A stretch of 64,000 bases of DNA from Octopus vulgaris (taxonomy: Eukaryota): assembly GCA_951406725.2 (NCBI GenBank), contig OX597830.1, positions 18,166,001 to 18,230,000 on the forward strand, given 5' to 3'. This document shows, one piece after another, positions 14,025 through 27,991 of the stretch. Under the pieces are notes generated by a model that was given only the letters and a program-made list of their open reading frames with translations, made no database searches and was not told the DNA's origin. How positions within the stretch are numbered: position 1 is the first letter of the stretch; the number at the start of each line of letters is the position of its first letter. The position numbers were made by a program, and so were the translations under genes.

Positions 14025-15180
14025 ATCATCATCATTTAACAACCGTTTTCCATGCTAGCATGGGTTGAACAGTTCGACTGGGGTCTTGGAAGCCAGGAGG
14101 CTGCATCAGGCTCCTGTCTCGTCTGGCAGTATTTCTACAGCTGGACGCCCTTCGTGGGTGCTTTTTACGTGCCACCAACACGGGAATCACAACTACAATT
14201 TCCATTTGATTTTGGTTTTGATGTACTTAACTCAATAGGTCTCCTCAAGCACGGCATGTCACCCTACAATCCAAGGTACTTTTGAGTGGGCTGGTTATGC
14301 AACACTGGTGTAGGTTACAGCTGTGAACTCACTTTATTTGCTGGGTCTTCTCAGTCACAGCATATCTCCAGAGGTCTTGGTCTTTTGCCATTGCCTCTGT
14401 GAGGCCCAACGTTCAAAGGTCATGCTTCACCACTTCGTCCCTTGTCTTCCTGGGTTTCCCTCTACCCCAGATTCCTTCCACTGTTTGGGAGTGGCACTTC
14501 TTCACACAGCTCTCCTCATCCATCCATAGTACATGACCATACCAACGTAAACGTCTCTCTTGCACGCCACATCCGATGCTTCTTATGTCCAACATTGCTC
14601 TCAGAGCACTTATACTCTGTCATGTGTGCACACTGACATTACATATCCAGCGGATCATGCTAGCTTCATTTCTTTTGAGCCTACACATGTCTTCAACAGT
14701 CATGGCTCATGCTTCACTGCCATGAAGCATGGCAGTTCGCACACATACATCGTACAATCTACATTTCACTTTTTGCAAGAGGCCCTTTGTCACCAGTAAG
14801 GGTAGAAGCTTTCTGAACTTTGCCCCGGCTATTCTTATTCTAGTAGTAACACTCTCTGAGCATCCACCCCCACTACAGACTTGGTCACCTAGGTAGCGGA
14901 AGCTATCAACTACTTCTAGTTTCTTCCCTTGGCATGTGATGGAATCTGTTTTCTGAGCATCTGTGGTGTTTATTGCCCCAGTGCATCTGCCACACACAAA
15001 ATCTTCCCGGTTAATCTTCCTTTGATGTTGCTGCACCTCTTATGCATCCATAGCTTACACTGGCTACATCTTATGAAGTTTCTACCTACACTTTTTCTAC
15101 AGATCGAGCAGGGTGTGTGATGTGTTCGCCTTCCTACTTACTAGAACTTTGGTCTTTGCATACCATGGACTCCTGTCATT
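14025..15180 (-). mobile_element. 5'-truncated RTE-clade LINE
   Basis: Minus-strand peptides LEVVDSFRYLGDQVCSGGGCSESVTTRIRIA..KFRKLLPLL...RLYDVCVRTAMLHGSEA and QERRLRWYGHVLWMDEE...RGKPRKT match the RTE ORF C-terminus. (GAT)n tail at about 14025. Confidence 0.9.
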
Positions 15181-15440
15181 AGGTTCAGCAACTTCTCGCC
15201 AAACACATGATTTGTTTATAGTGATCAAATGTTTGTGTATGCATAAGCTGACTCTCTCCATCAAATTGACATTACCTGGACAGGTGCACTGTGTGCCACA
15301 TGTCAGATGATGAAATGATCACAGAGCAATATGAAATGAAGTGCTTTGCTCAAAAACACAATGCAGTGCCCAGTCTGAGAACCAAACCCACAACATTGCA
15401 ATTGTGAGTGCAACACTCTAACCACTAAGCCATGCGCCTT

Positions 15441-15493
<53 letters not shown>

Positions 15494-16899
15494 GGCAGAA
15501 AATTAGCAATCATTAGAGTATTGAATGTCTCATAGTATTTTCTCTGAGTCTCTATGCTCTTTGTTCAAATCCTGCCCAGGTCAACTTTGTCTTTCATTCT
15601 TTCATGATCAATAAAAGAAGTGCTCATTCTTCACCCTGAATTGCTACTTTGTTTTTTACTGACCAATCCAGGGCAGTGGATTGACAAAAGTGAGGGCATC
15701 GGACAGGATGTTTTGTCATGCCTATTTCTGACTCTTTTTTCATTGTGACAGCAATACCTACCATGACACTGGTACCAAACTGCACTGGCCTTGCCTTTCC
15801 CTCAGACAACATCTATAACATAAAAGGGAGAGACTAGCATGCAAGGGCAACTGCTAATTTTCTACAGAAAACCTTTCCCAGGTCTGCACATACAGATGCA
15901 GAGACATGATCAACCTTCACTGATGGAGGCATTGGATATACAATCCTGTGGTTAAGAAGTTTGCTTTACATTCCAGGGTTCCTGGTTCAATCATACTGTT
16001 TGGCACTTTAGGCCAGTGCCTTCTACATTAGGCATCAATTGACCAAAACCTTATTAGAACTTGATAGCCAGAAACTATGTGGAAGTTCATTGGAGGAGCT
16101 GTTCCCCTTTCCTAATTTGATACCATCATCTGGCCTTTGAATACTTTTGAGTTCACTTTGTTGCAAGCATTAAGACCAACTTTCCAGTTTGAAGATACTT
16201 CACCCTTTTTTTCCCCTATAGAGCATAGACCTTTCATGACCTAACTGTATTGTTCTCTGGGTTCTCTTTTCTGCCCCTTTCCCAGGTCCTGTTAGTTTTG
16301 AATTGTTCTCAATGCTTCTGTAACTTCTTTTTTTCTAGGTAGGGGTGTTGTCCCCACAAAAATCCATTTTTACCTCTGGAGTTTAGAGGTAACTTCCGCC
16401 ATCTCTCTAGCCTTGGTGGTCCTGCAAAAATATCACGAGTACTACTCTTTCTCTTCTAACTAAACTATTAAAGAGAAAATCATAAAACAATGAAGCAATT
16501 TGAGGAACCACACAGAGGCTTCCTCGTCAGCACAAATGGGCAATCTAGATGGTGATTACGGCTTGCCATTTTATATCATATAAAGACACGTGTAGAAGCC
16601 ACAAGGAAGTCTTATTGATGTTTCTAGATTATCTCTAGAAAGATAGTAAACATTTGTCAGTAGTCAATACAGTTGGTATTAAGTCTTCTGTAATAACTGA
16701 CTAATCCTTTAATCCTTCTGCAGTTCAGCTTTAGCATATTTGATTACAATGTAATAACTAGGTTTGTGTGTATGTATGCATGTTTGAGTGTTGTTAATCT
16801 GAGGAGGGAAGGGGTGAATCACATACTTTTTCTAGTCAAGAGACTATGATGATTGGAAGATAGCAAGGTTTAATTTGAATTGTTATTGATGTTTGAAAT

Positions 16900-16944
<45 letters not shown>

Positions 16945-17740
16945 GTTTATAATATATATGCGTGTGCTTTATATTACATAATATAGTGTATTAAAAATAT
17001 TTGAGTTTAATCTTTTTTGACCTTCATACCAAAATTGGTGCATGGCTACACGTGGTTGTGCAGATGACTTCAAACAGTACAGCACTGGGCAAAATACATA
17101 TAATCTTACTTGTGAGGTTCAAATCCTGCGCAGGCTGGCCTTACTGTTCAGCCTTTAGGAGTAAAAAAAAAAAGATCTTTTTAATAAATAAAAGTGAGAC
17201 AGCAATATATTGGTGATTATTCAATGAACTTTGATCTTCTGCTACAATCATTGATCTTGTGTCTGATCATAAGAAATCAATGTTTAATTTGCTTTTCAAA
17301 TGATGGACGTGTTAATGGTGAGAAGGACAACATAGAGGAGTGATTGCACGAGAGTGTAGATCATAGGGAATGGAGGGTTAATGAACTCCTTTGTCTTCGG
17401 TGTTTCAAAGCTGTCATTGCTACTGTCATCATTAGCTAAATTTATGTTTACTTTAATCTCTTTTGATCTGTGCCTAAGATCAGAAAGAGTCTCTGGTAAA
17501 TAATCTACATCATTACATACATACATACATACACACACACACACTCAAACAAACAAACCATTTTGTTGATTGGAGGATTTGTTTTCTTCTCATTACTAAG
17601 TTTCACTTTGTCATACATCCCTTTACAATTAATATAAGAATATACCAGTCAAGTACCAAGGTGGATATAATTGGCTGTAACTTTCTCCCATCTCTGCAAA
17701 TTTTCACTTTGTACCAAATTTAGAATCATAATCATCATCA

Positions 17741-17771
<31 letters not shown>

Positions 17772-18249
17772 CATCATCATCAAGGCTGTGAGTTGGCAGA
17801 ATTATTAGCATGCCGGGTGAAATGCTTAGCAGCATGTCATCCGTCTTTACATTCTGAGTTCAAATTCTGCTGAGGTCAACTTTGCCATTCATCCTTTCGG
17901 GGTCAATAAAATAAGTACCAGTTGAACACTGGAGTCAATGTAATCAGTTGATTACAGAATTTTACAAATGGTCCACAAATGACTGTTTTGCATTACATGA
18001 TCAGAGATGTCCATATCATCAGCCACTAAGGGACATGCTCAACTGATTATGGTCAAACAACTGACAAGCAAATCTGTGATACTGAGCAGAATATTTGCTG
18101 TAGCCTATCTTTTATACCAAGACAAAACATGTACAAGATAACACTTCCAATCAGTTAAGATCAGAAGCCATGAGAGCCAGTGTTTGGTATTGCATCAGAA
18201 CATTTTATTATCATTATTATTATTATTAATATCATTATCATCAGTAATA

Positions 18250-19160
18250 ACTCAGTGTATTTGAGTAATTTGTAAATTAACAGTGTAATGTGGTAAATCG
18301 GTAATTAAGTAGTCCTCTTCTTTCAGTAGGGGTAAAAAGATTGACTCGGGGGTGGGAGCTACAGTAGAACCAATTCTTTCTTGATCTCTCCACATATCTG
18401 ATCCTAAGAAACAGGTGGGGCAGGGAATCAACTCCCCACCCCAGTACTTGACTGGTACTGTACTTATCAACTCTAAAAGGATGAGCGACAAAATTAGCCT
18501 GAGTGAGCTTTATACAGAAAAGTAATGTAGACGGTCAGAATAAAATACCATAAATGATTTTATCCAATACTCTACTGAGTCTGACAGTTTACTGCTGTAG
18601 TTAGTGAACAGTCTAGTGTAGTGAAACTTTAGTTTGTAAATGAACAAAGTAATGTAGTTAAATAGTAAATTATAAGTCAACTGTGCACCGTAGTGCAATA
18701 GTAATTTGTATGTCAGTAATTTAACTCTTTAGCATTCAGATAACTCTGTCAAATGTAATACCTATTTATTCACATTATTTTCAGTTAATCATGTGTTATC
18801 TCATCGCTTTGAAATTTTGATGATGTGAATGTTTATTTTTAGAGCGACATTATAGAATAGTTGTGAGAGGCTGGATGTGGTTAGTTTGAATATAAAATGA
18901 GTAGCAGATTTGGGCTGGATATGGCTGGTTTAAATTCTGAAAAGTTAATATAGAAAATCAGTAATTTGTAAGTCAACAGTGTAAAACAGTAATTTGTGGA
19001 CCTTCTGTAAAATCTAGTAAATGAGTAGATTGTGAGTTAACAGGGTAGTGTAGCAAACAATAATTTGTAACTAAAGCTCAGTATAAAACAGTAAGTGGTG
19101 TAAAACAATAATTTGTAAGTGAATGGTGTATTGGAACTGAATAGTAAACCTACAGTGTAA
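18250..19160. repeat. Degenerate minisatellite of about 28 bp, interrupted by SINE/MITE insertions
   Basis: Recurrent CAGTAATTTGTAAGTCAACAGTGTAAAA-like units. Confidence 0.6.
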
Positions 19161-19227
19161 GTGTTATGAATTATAATATTCTATCATTAATTCCTTTCTA
19201 CAATAGTAAATAATAGATAAAAACATA

Positions 19228-19598
19228 CCTGTGTGAAAAGTCTGGCTGCATCCAAAAAAATATATATTATGAAACAAAAATAAACACAAAATTTATTACA
19301 CAAATCTGTTACCACCATGACAGTCAACTATTTGACGCCGAACACGAGTTTGATGTTGAATACATCCACGAATTTTCCGCTCGGATAGCTCTTCCCAAGA
19401 CTGCAAGTATTGCCAGTCTATCTCTCTCACTAATTTGTTCACCTCGCCTGCAAGCCATCTAAAGTTAATAATGATTCTGCTAATTCCACGCGTAAACATG
19501 TGTTGAATAGAACTCACTGAATAAATCTTAACTGTGTTGTCAATTGTATGCACCTGACATATGCTAACGTGTATGCAGCCAGACTTTTCACACAGAGG
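19228..19598. mobile_element. Internally deleted Tc1-like element
   Basis: Perfect 23-bp inverted repeat, 19229-19251 versus 19573-19595, with TA at the left. The minus strand has W..LSERKIRGCIQHQTRVRRQIVDCHGG, which resembles a Tc1 transposase C-terminus. Confidence 0.6.
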
Positions 19599-19871
19599 AT
19601 AGATATTTTTTGTATTGAGTACAAAAATGCAATATAGTGTCGAATGACGTTGATAGATGGATGCAGTTTTCATCTAATATAAAACAATGCATCTTAATTG
19701 TTGGACAGCCGTGATTAACAGATTAAATGGCAAGTAGATTAAAGTTTGAATAAAAGCCTTCTTTTGAATTGGTTTACAACAATAAGGTAGAAAGGAAGTC
19801 GACATATTTTGAAGAAACTAATAACACACAAAGTATGATTCAGATATATTGTGGTAAAAAAAAAAACACAA

Positions 19872-20524
19872 TAGACTTCAGAGCTAAATGAGACAAAATC
19901 ACCCCAGAAGTGACCGCAAGAACAACAGACATGCATTTTGCCATTTTTGTGGCTTGTCAGTGTCACATACATGGGTCACTTCTGAAAGAAGGTCAGATCA
20001 GCCTATCTGAAATCTAAAGGGTCAGTATACAAACAATGCACTGGTTTGCAATGATGCCACTGCGACTCTATAAAATCTGAATAGTGCAATGTAACCAGCT
20101 CTAGAAAAGAATCTTTATATGACATACTTACTCTATATGTATCTTTAAAAAGCTTAGCTCTGAAGTGTAGGGTGTTTTTTCTTTAACACAATTCATCTGT
20201 AAAGGGATATTTTCCCCCAGATGTAAACTACAGCTTCTGGCTTTTCAGCAATACACATACATTAACTATATCATTTAGATAAAGATTTGATTCTAGAGCT
20301 ACTTTTATTCTGTAATTCAAATTTTATTCTGTCTTAGTGGTGTCATTGCAAACCAGTGTGTTGTTTATCCACTGTCTCTGTATACTTCAGACTGGCCAAT
20401 TTGGCCTTGTCTTAGAAGTGGTATGAGTACGTGACATTGGTAAACTTGAAAAATTGCATAATGTGCATCTGTTGTTCTCCCAGTCACTTTCAGGAAGATT
20501 TCATTTTACCAAGCTCTGAAGTAT
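19872..20524. repeat. Old imperfect palindrome of about 650 bp (foldback/MITE-like)
   Basis: Arms pair along their length, for example CACTGGTTTGCAATGA/TCATTGCAAACCAGTG, AGCTCTAGAA/TTCTAGAGCT and ACTTCAGAGCT/AGCTCTGAAGT. Confidence 0.75.
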
Positions 20525-21296
20525 AAGTGCGTCATAAAGATTTTATTCTAGAACTGTTTCTAATGCATAATTCACACACACACACGCACGCACGTACGTA
20601 TGTGTGTATCGACCACATGCAAACATCCGGGCACCAGTAACAACACACTTCCTAAATCAATTTATCTCATTCTCTTGACCTAATTAAATCTAAAATGCAC
20701 ACATGCCCTCTCTCTCTCTCCTGTTTTGAATAAATCCTAAGGAATCAACAATGATATGCATCAAGTCTATTTGGTCTTTCATTGTTCCAGATAGACTATA
20801 GATTATACTATAATGTAGGTGCAACAACCCAACTAACTGACGCTTCATTCCACATTGTATAATTATGTAAGCAACAGAGTAACTGTCTAAATTTAAGCGG
20901 GACACACCATATGGGTGCAGTTCTTTTTAGTTGGTCTTAACCATCTTACTCACCTGCCTACCTGTCTACTGTAGGTAGTGATGTCCTAAGTTTATCTATC
21001 ACTACTGACATCCTGCTGCACATGCCTGTGAGTGAGCCTCTACATGACCAGTTGATCTGCTGGAAATAAGTTTCATCTCCCTTAAAAAAAAAATATGGAA
21101 CACATTAGATAATATGATCCAAGATACACAATTCCAAAATGAAAGAAAGGCTAGTCAGAGTTAACCTTGTTTTAAGCAACATCCTGGCATGTGCAATATA
21201 TTTGGGTTAGCATATCTTCATCATTTAATTAGCCTCAGGTTAGCCCTCACTGAACTGACCAATCATCAAATGTATCCTAGCCAGGACCATCCAACC

Positions 21297-21728
21297 TGTA
21301 GTGACGCCATCTTGGGAAATCTCCAGCACGCATGCGCAGAGTTGGATTCTTGCGGGAGGCCTGCCGGAAGTTCCCTCATGCGCATGTGCAGAAAACTAGC
21401 TGCAGGGAAATTTCCCTCGTATCAGCCTCTCGAACACTGGCAGCCGAACAGGACAGTCGTGTTTTAGCAGCTCTCTCAAGCTGCTACCTCGTGGCGTTTC
21501 TCCGCTATGCTTGAACGGACAGGATTTGGCTCACTCCACTTGACTTCTGCAATGAGCTCCTAGGCTGCCGATTCGCCCTGAAGAAGAATGTATATATTGC
21601 GAATCCAGAAATAAAATATTTATGCTGTTGAAATTAATCGGAAATCTCGACTCTTTCCTTCGATTAATATTTAATGTATAGGATACGAGCTGCACCCTTC
21701 CAGTTCGGGGACCTCTCATCCTGTTACA
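21297..21728 (+). mobile_element. Solo LTR (Gypsy-like), 432 bp
   Basis: Begins TGTA and ends TACA, flanked by a 4-bp direct repeat AACC (21293-21296 and 21729-21732). Internal AATAAA near 21609. CpG-rich relative to its flanks. Confidence 0.8.
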
Positions 21729-22935
21729 AACCTTTTTCTCTGGCACACTGCACTCAGCACCAAATTATTTAATGTCCTTTCCATTGTTTTATTTGACTTG
21801 TTCATTTTCATTGTACCCACTGTTATTGTACCATTTTGTTTTGTTTTTTTTTGTTTTTCTATTATGTTTTGTTTGTCTAACTTTATATATTGTTTATCAG
21901 TCTCCTTCTTTATTTATCTTTAGTCATTTTACTTGTGTATTTTTATCTTCTACATACACATACAAGAGGAAACGATTGTCATAGCTGATAGGCCATTTAT
22001 TTATATGTTTGGTCAGTCAAGGCTAATTTGAACCTAAGCAACGGTAAACAACTCAGAGCATGGATGGTTGATTGGATTGTGTAGATAGGTTCCATCCTAA
22101 CTGCCAACTAAGAGATTGACAGTTCACATTCTGTTACCACTTAGCCAAGACAGTTAGTTCCCACATCATCTGACTATAAATGATTTGTTTCTGAGACAGG
22201 CACCAGGCCTCATATTTGGAAGATTTAGATACAAAGAAACAGGGGAGAAGGGAGAGGTAAGAAAATAAAAAAAAGTTGGGTGAGGATAAAGCAGCAGATG
22301 ATGAAATGGAAGGGGGCAATGGGTCACATATCCCAGAACAAACGGGTTGCTCAGCTGCGCCCCACAGTAATGACCGTGAGGACATTGCTGCAGAGAATGG
22401 CCAGTGGCACTTGCTGCCACAGCCACTCCACCCTGCAGGCTCGTTTCTCTGGAGAGTCATTGTTATCCCTGTTTTGCGGAGGAAATCGGTAGTACAGAGT
22501 CCTAGAACACCTGATATCTCGATTGCGACCAGTACAAACTGATAGCAGCCCGGCGCAGGCCCTTGTGTTTATTGTTTTTTCTCTCCTCCATGTTACGGGT
22601 GGTGACACCCAGATTTGCAGTAGATGCTGCTAGACATTTAACTCAGCTCTATGGTAATTATGTCATCAGTTGCAGAAAGATGAAGGGCAAAGTTTACCTG
22701 AATGGGATTTGAACTCTGAACATATTATAAATAGATACTGAAGCATAGCAATAACCAACTCTTTGCTACAAACAGCAATAACATTGCAACATTAAAGGGT
22801 GTTTTATTAACTTATAGTCCTGAGTTTAACTTCTTTTGGTGCTGCTGTCATACTCGCATCAACCCTGATCAAACTGACCTGTGATCAAAGAGCTCCTCTC
22901 TTTCTTTCAAGTAGTCCAGTGTGTCCTTGTTTTAA

Positions 22936-23156
22936 CCCTTTTGTTACTGTATTTATTTTGAGATGCTCTGTGTTTCTTTCAATTGCTTTAAATATAACAA
23001 AGAATTTAGTAAAATAACTTAGTTATCATTAAGCTAGTGTTAGGAACATAAATTGCAACTAAGGTTTGGTGGAATATTTTAATGTAAAACTTATGAAAAC
23101 AAAACATTTGTACTACAGTGCCAGAGCCAGTTTTGGCCGGGTTGGTAACGAAAGGG
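22936..23156. mobile_element. piggyBac-like MITE family 2 (second copy near 60878-61080)
   Basis: TTAA|CCCTTTtGTTAC ... GTAACgAAAGGG|TTAA. Confidence 0.8.
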
Positions 23157-23632
23157 TTAAAGACTGAATGTTGGATTGAACGGAGATTTAACTGCTACTT
23201 CTAGCAGTTGGATCACCACTTAGGAACTCCTTCATTCACTCATATTTCCTCTATTGGAATAGCTTGGTTAGAGACAGGCTCTGCGGAACTTTTTGAGTTT
23301 TCTTGAACACTAGTATTGCATTTTGGTCTTAAAGACTGTTACTACAAAGTCTCCTCACCGCCACATGTTACCGTATGTCCAGACACCATAATCTAGAGAG
23401 CTGAAACTAATCTCAGTCAACATCCTCCAGATATCAACTTCAACTGTCTGAACTAGAATATTCTCTCTCACTCACCTAATTTGTGCCATCAACAAATGAC
23501 TAAATGTTACGAATAGAACAATAGTAGTTCATTATTGTATTGGTTTATGCATTCTTTCAACTCCTTTCCCTGCTACCAATTAAAATGACCTTTCACCTTA
23601 TATTTAATTACTACCACCTTGTCTCAATGTAA

Positions 23633-23706
<74 letters not shown>

Positions 23707-23922
23707 ACACATACATACATACATACATACCTCTTTTATCATTTTTTAGCAGCAAAATCAGTTGGGAAAAATATGTTATAAACAAATAATGTTGTTAGAT
23801 AAAATTATTGTTGTTGTTGATGTTGTTAGTAGTTTTATCATTGAGAAAAACAGATGTTAGGAAATCAATTTAGGTTAGTCAATGAATGGAAATTATAAAG
23901 TACAACAATGGAATTACATTGG

Positions 23923-23979
<57 letters not shown>

Positions 23980-24579
23980 AATACACACATACATATGTAC
24001 ACTCACACACTGATTAGCCTCTGTTCACTGTGACACTGGGAATCCTATTTGAAGTTTCTGTATTCAATCTCTACACTATACCCCCCCCACCCCTGTTATC
24101 ATTCTACCTTTCTTCCATTTTCATCCCTTCAATTACTCTATCTTGTTTCTATAATTATTCCTGTGTAAGAAAGGTAGACATCAAATATACCAAAATTCAG
24201 TATCCTCTACCATCGCTCTCTCTCTCTCTCTCTCATATTGTTACTGATCTCTATTGCTTGCCATCACTTGCACTCTGTCACCATTATACATTTTTAATGT
24301 TATTCCATCACAATGCTTACGCAGCTATATTTTTATTCAGTCTCCTTAACGAGCTATCATGTAACTATCGCTGTCTCTCTTCTTTTACTTCTTCCCTTAC
24401 TATCTTTTCACTTTTTTCACTGTTTCTACAAGCAAACTCATACCTGCACACCCTTCATTCATCTATTATTATTCTCTCTGCTATTCACTCTTAAATCTGA
24501 CCTGCACTAGACGGTAACCCTTCTAGTGCAGGTCAGTCAATTTAATCTATCATCATCATTATTTAACATCCATCTTCCT

Positions 24580-24810
24580 ATTTCTTTACTGCCCACAAGG
24601 GGTGAAACACAGAGGGGACAAACAAGGACAGACACACGGATTAAGTTGATTACATCGACCCCAGTGCATAACTGGTGCTTATTTAATTGACCCTGAAAGG
24701 ATGAAAGGCAAAGTCGACCTCAGCGGAATTTGAACTCTGAACGTAACGGCAGACGAAATATGGCTACGCATTTCGCCCGGCGTGCTAACCGTTCTGCCAG
24801 ATCGCCGCCT
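24580..24810 (-). mobile_element. SINE family 2 with a Nin/Deu-like domain (other copies near 3620-3830, 4060-4275, 4920-5353, 17780-17945, 35865-36090, 45520-45720, 54420-54575, 55453-55655, 60483-60660)
   Basis: GAGTTCAAATTC B-box followed by GCCTTTCATCCTTTC.GGGTC.AT.AA.TAAG.ACCAG, which resembles the conserved Deu/Nin SINE domain (recalled, not aligned). Confidence 0.8.
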
Positions 24811-25378
24811 TAACATCCATCTTCCATGTTGGCATGGGTTGCACACTTTGACAGAAACTTGGCAAGCCAGAGAGCTGCACTTGCTCCATTGTCTGCATTG
24901 GCATGGTTTCTATGGCTGGATGCCCTTCCTAACACCAACCACTTTACAGAATGTACTGAGTACTTTTTATGAGGTACCAACACTAGTACTTTCTATATTT
25001 GTATACCAAAAAAGAACAGCTTTTGCATCAACTGTTATATAAAAATATTAATCTCAACCTTAATCTCTCTCTCTCTCTCATATATATAGTTAAATCAAAG
25101 AAGTTATATCCTCATTAGGGATTATATTATCCAAGGTATTCCACTGTTCCACTGGTTAATCCATATCATATTATGCAAAAAGTCACTGGTGCATGTTAGT
25201 AATTATTGAAATTATATATTATCAATATTGAGGAGGGAAAAAAGAAAATGGATAAATAATGGATGTATGAATAGTTTATTTGTTTGTTATAAAATGATGA
25301 AAATCTCTTTTAAAAAACATAGCAGTACAAATAAATTGATTACAAGTTTTCAAGCTCAAAAAATAGAATAAAGAAGCC

Positions 25379-25427
<49 letters not shown>

Positions 25428-25524
25428 GGAGGGAGAGAGAGAGAGAGATAGATTGATTTATAGAAATGGTAAGACAACAAAAGGATGAAAGAAACCTCGA
25501 TATTATGTAAACAGAGGAATTTAG

Positions 25525-25727
25525 CTGTAAATGTAATTTGTGACAATTATTCGGTAGCCATGATAAAACTCCGAGTTTTGGATGCCAAGGTGGAAATCCA
25601 CACCACCATCTCTTCAGTTATCAGATGGCCGGATAACTGAAGAGATGGCAGCATGGATTTCCACCTCGACATCCGAAACTCGGAGTTTTATCATGGCTAC
25701 CGAATAATTGTCACATATTACATTTAC

Positions 25728-25729
<2 letters not shown>
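25525..25729. mobile_element. Head-to-head inverted repeat (98-bp arms) with a hammerhead-like motif, probably a Penelope-like pseudo-LTR remnant
   Basis: Near-perfect palindrome with a 9-nt loop between (TA)n tracts. Core CTGAAGA...GAAA at 25637-25678. Confidence 0.7.
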
Positions 25730-25775
<46 letters not shown>

Positions 25776-27891
25776 GGCTGAATCATGAGCACATTAATTG
25801 AAATGCTTAGCAGTTTTTTTTTTTCTAGTTCTTTACATATTGAGTTTAAATCTCGCCATGGTCAACTTTACTGGCTGTTCATCCCTTTGGGGGTTGATAA
25901 AATAAAACACCTGTCAAGTACTGGGGTCAGTGTAAATGGCTTGTCCCCTCTTCTCAAAAATTGCTGGCTTTGAACTTTGAACCCAACAACGGACAGGCAT
26001 CCCGTTCTGGGACACTATTGTGGTTTGAATCATTTATATGCCATAAAAACTGGGCAACTGGTTTCACAAATCCTAAGATGCAAAGAAAAAAAATGTATAT
26101 ATCTAAACAGATATATACATTTTTTGTATCATTTTTATGTCGAGGTTCAAGTCAGATCTGACTCAGAGTTATTGCCCTCCTAAATGAGTTGGAGAGCTCT
26201 GTCTTCCTTGTACGTTTTTTGGCTTTGTTTTTATGGCAAGATACCCTTCTTATTGTCAGCTACTTTACATAGTGTACTGGGTTCATTTTATCATGGCCAC
26301 TCCCTAACACTAGTGAGGTTGACTTTTGCCCTGTAAGACTAAAACAGTCCTCGCTGTTTTGTTTTGTTTGATTGTTTAATACAACATGACCAAGAGGGTG
26401 AACAGCAGATTTTAAATCAATCTTCACTTTGTGCCTTATTTTCCCAAGTCTCCCTCTTCCATGGTTCCATCCACTGAAATATTCTCTCAGTTAGAGTTTT
26501 TGCAAAGCTACACAAGTGAATGCATGAAAGACAAAACAGGAATTTTGAAAGAAGTATCTATATAAGTAGTTTTTAAGCATTGAATGGCTTGGGGTTTAAC
26601 CAGAATAAAATAGTAACCAAAAGGGTCCAGAGGTAAAAAATGGGATCAGTGTAAATGACTTGTCCCCCTCTTCTCAAAAATTGCTGGCTTTGAACCTTGA
26701 ACCCTACAACAGACAGGCATCCTGTTCTGTTTTACATGGTCATCTGGATTATGACAGATGCATGGCTTGACTCGTGTACAGTTTTTTTTAAATCTTGGAT
26801 TTATGTCTAATTTAATTTAATGCAGTCATCATCATCATCATTTTACATCTACTTTCCATGCTGGCATGGGTTGGATGGTTTGACTGAATACTGGTGAGCC
26901 AGAGGCTGCACCAGGCTCAATCTGATCTGGCAAAGTTTCTACAGCTGGATGCCCTTCTTAATGCCAACCACTCCGAGAGTGTAGTAGGTGCTTTTACATG
27001 CCACCAGCACGAGGGCCAGTCCGGCGGCACAGGCAACGACCATGCTTGAATGTTGTTTTTCATGTGCCACCAGCACATGTGGTGGTAAAGCGACGCTGGC
27101 ATCAATCATGCTCGAATGGTGCTTTTCACATGTCACCGGCACAGGAGCCAATCCGTGGCCCTGGCAACGATCACGCTCGGATGTGCTTTTAACATTCCAC
27201 TGGCACGAGTGCCAATCAGGTGGTACTGTACCGGCCACGTCTGCGATTTTTATTGGTTTACACTTGCCTCAATATGTCTTCACAAGCAAATTTCATAGTC
27301 CAGTGAATGAGGGATACTCATAAGTGGGCCAGTTACACGCCACTTGTATATGTATATCATCATCATCATACACACATTGCCTTGCTTGCATAAAATCAAG
27401 TGAAAAATCAGTGAGGCAAATTTTTCTATGGCCAGATGTCACCTTTCTTCATGTGTTTCCTAGCAAGGTAATTTTTTTCCCATAGCTGGATGTTTTCATA
27501 GAATATTGGAAACAACACCCTTTGTCTGACAATGCTCATTTACAGTTATCTCATTATGTCAAGGCAAAGAGTGCATCCTTCAAAGAAAAATGTTAACCTT
27601 AGTTCTATAAGCTCATAATAACCCTGAAGAAGTTCTGTCCCATATAGTTAAAAAATGATACCTTTCTTAGCATATAACCAAATACTTAGAATTGCATATC
27701 AACTAGGGGCTAGAACTAAAACTTATATGTAGGTTTTTTCACATTTTTAAGCTTTACAACTTATAATTTATTTGTATTGTTATGTTTTTAAAAAAATTCG
27801 AGATCTTTATATCATACAAATAAATTTTTCATACATCCATTTTTCTCCATTTTCTTTCTTTCAACATACGAACACACACATGCATGCACGC

Positions 27892-27932
<41 letters not shown>

Positions 27933-27991
27933 TAACCCTATTAGTATTATTGAATTATTAATTTATCATAACCTATTTCTCATTCTTACAG

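Noticed and set aside
22130-22610. GC-richer block with overlapping ORFs as a gene or second solo LTR
   Set aside because: No recognisable protein, and no matching target-site duplication around the TGT..ACA candidates; probably an unclassified repeat.
24030-24494. 154-aa hydrophobic ORF (also 36739-37241)
   Set aside because: Low-complexity pyrimidine-rich sequence that lacks stops by composition; no splice or homology support.
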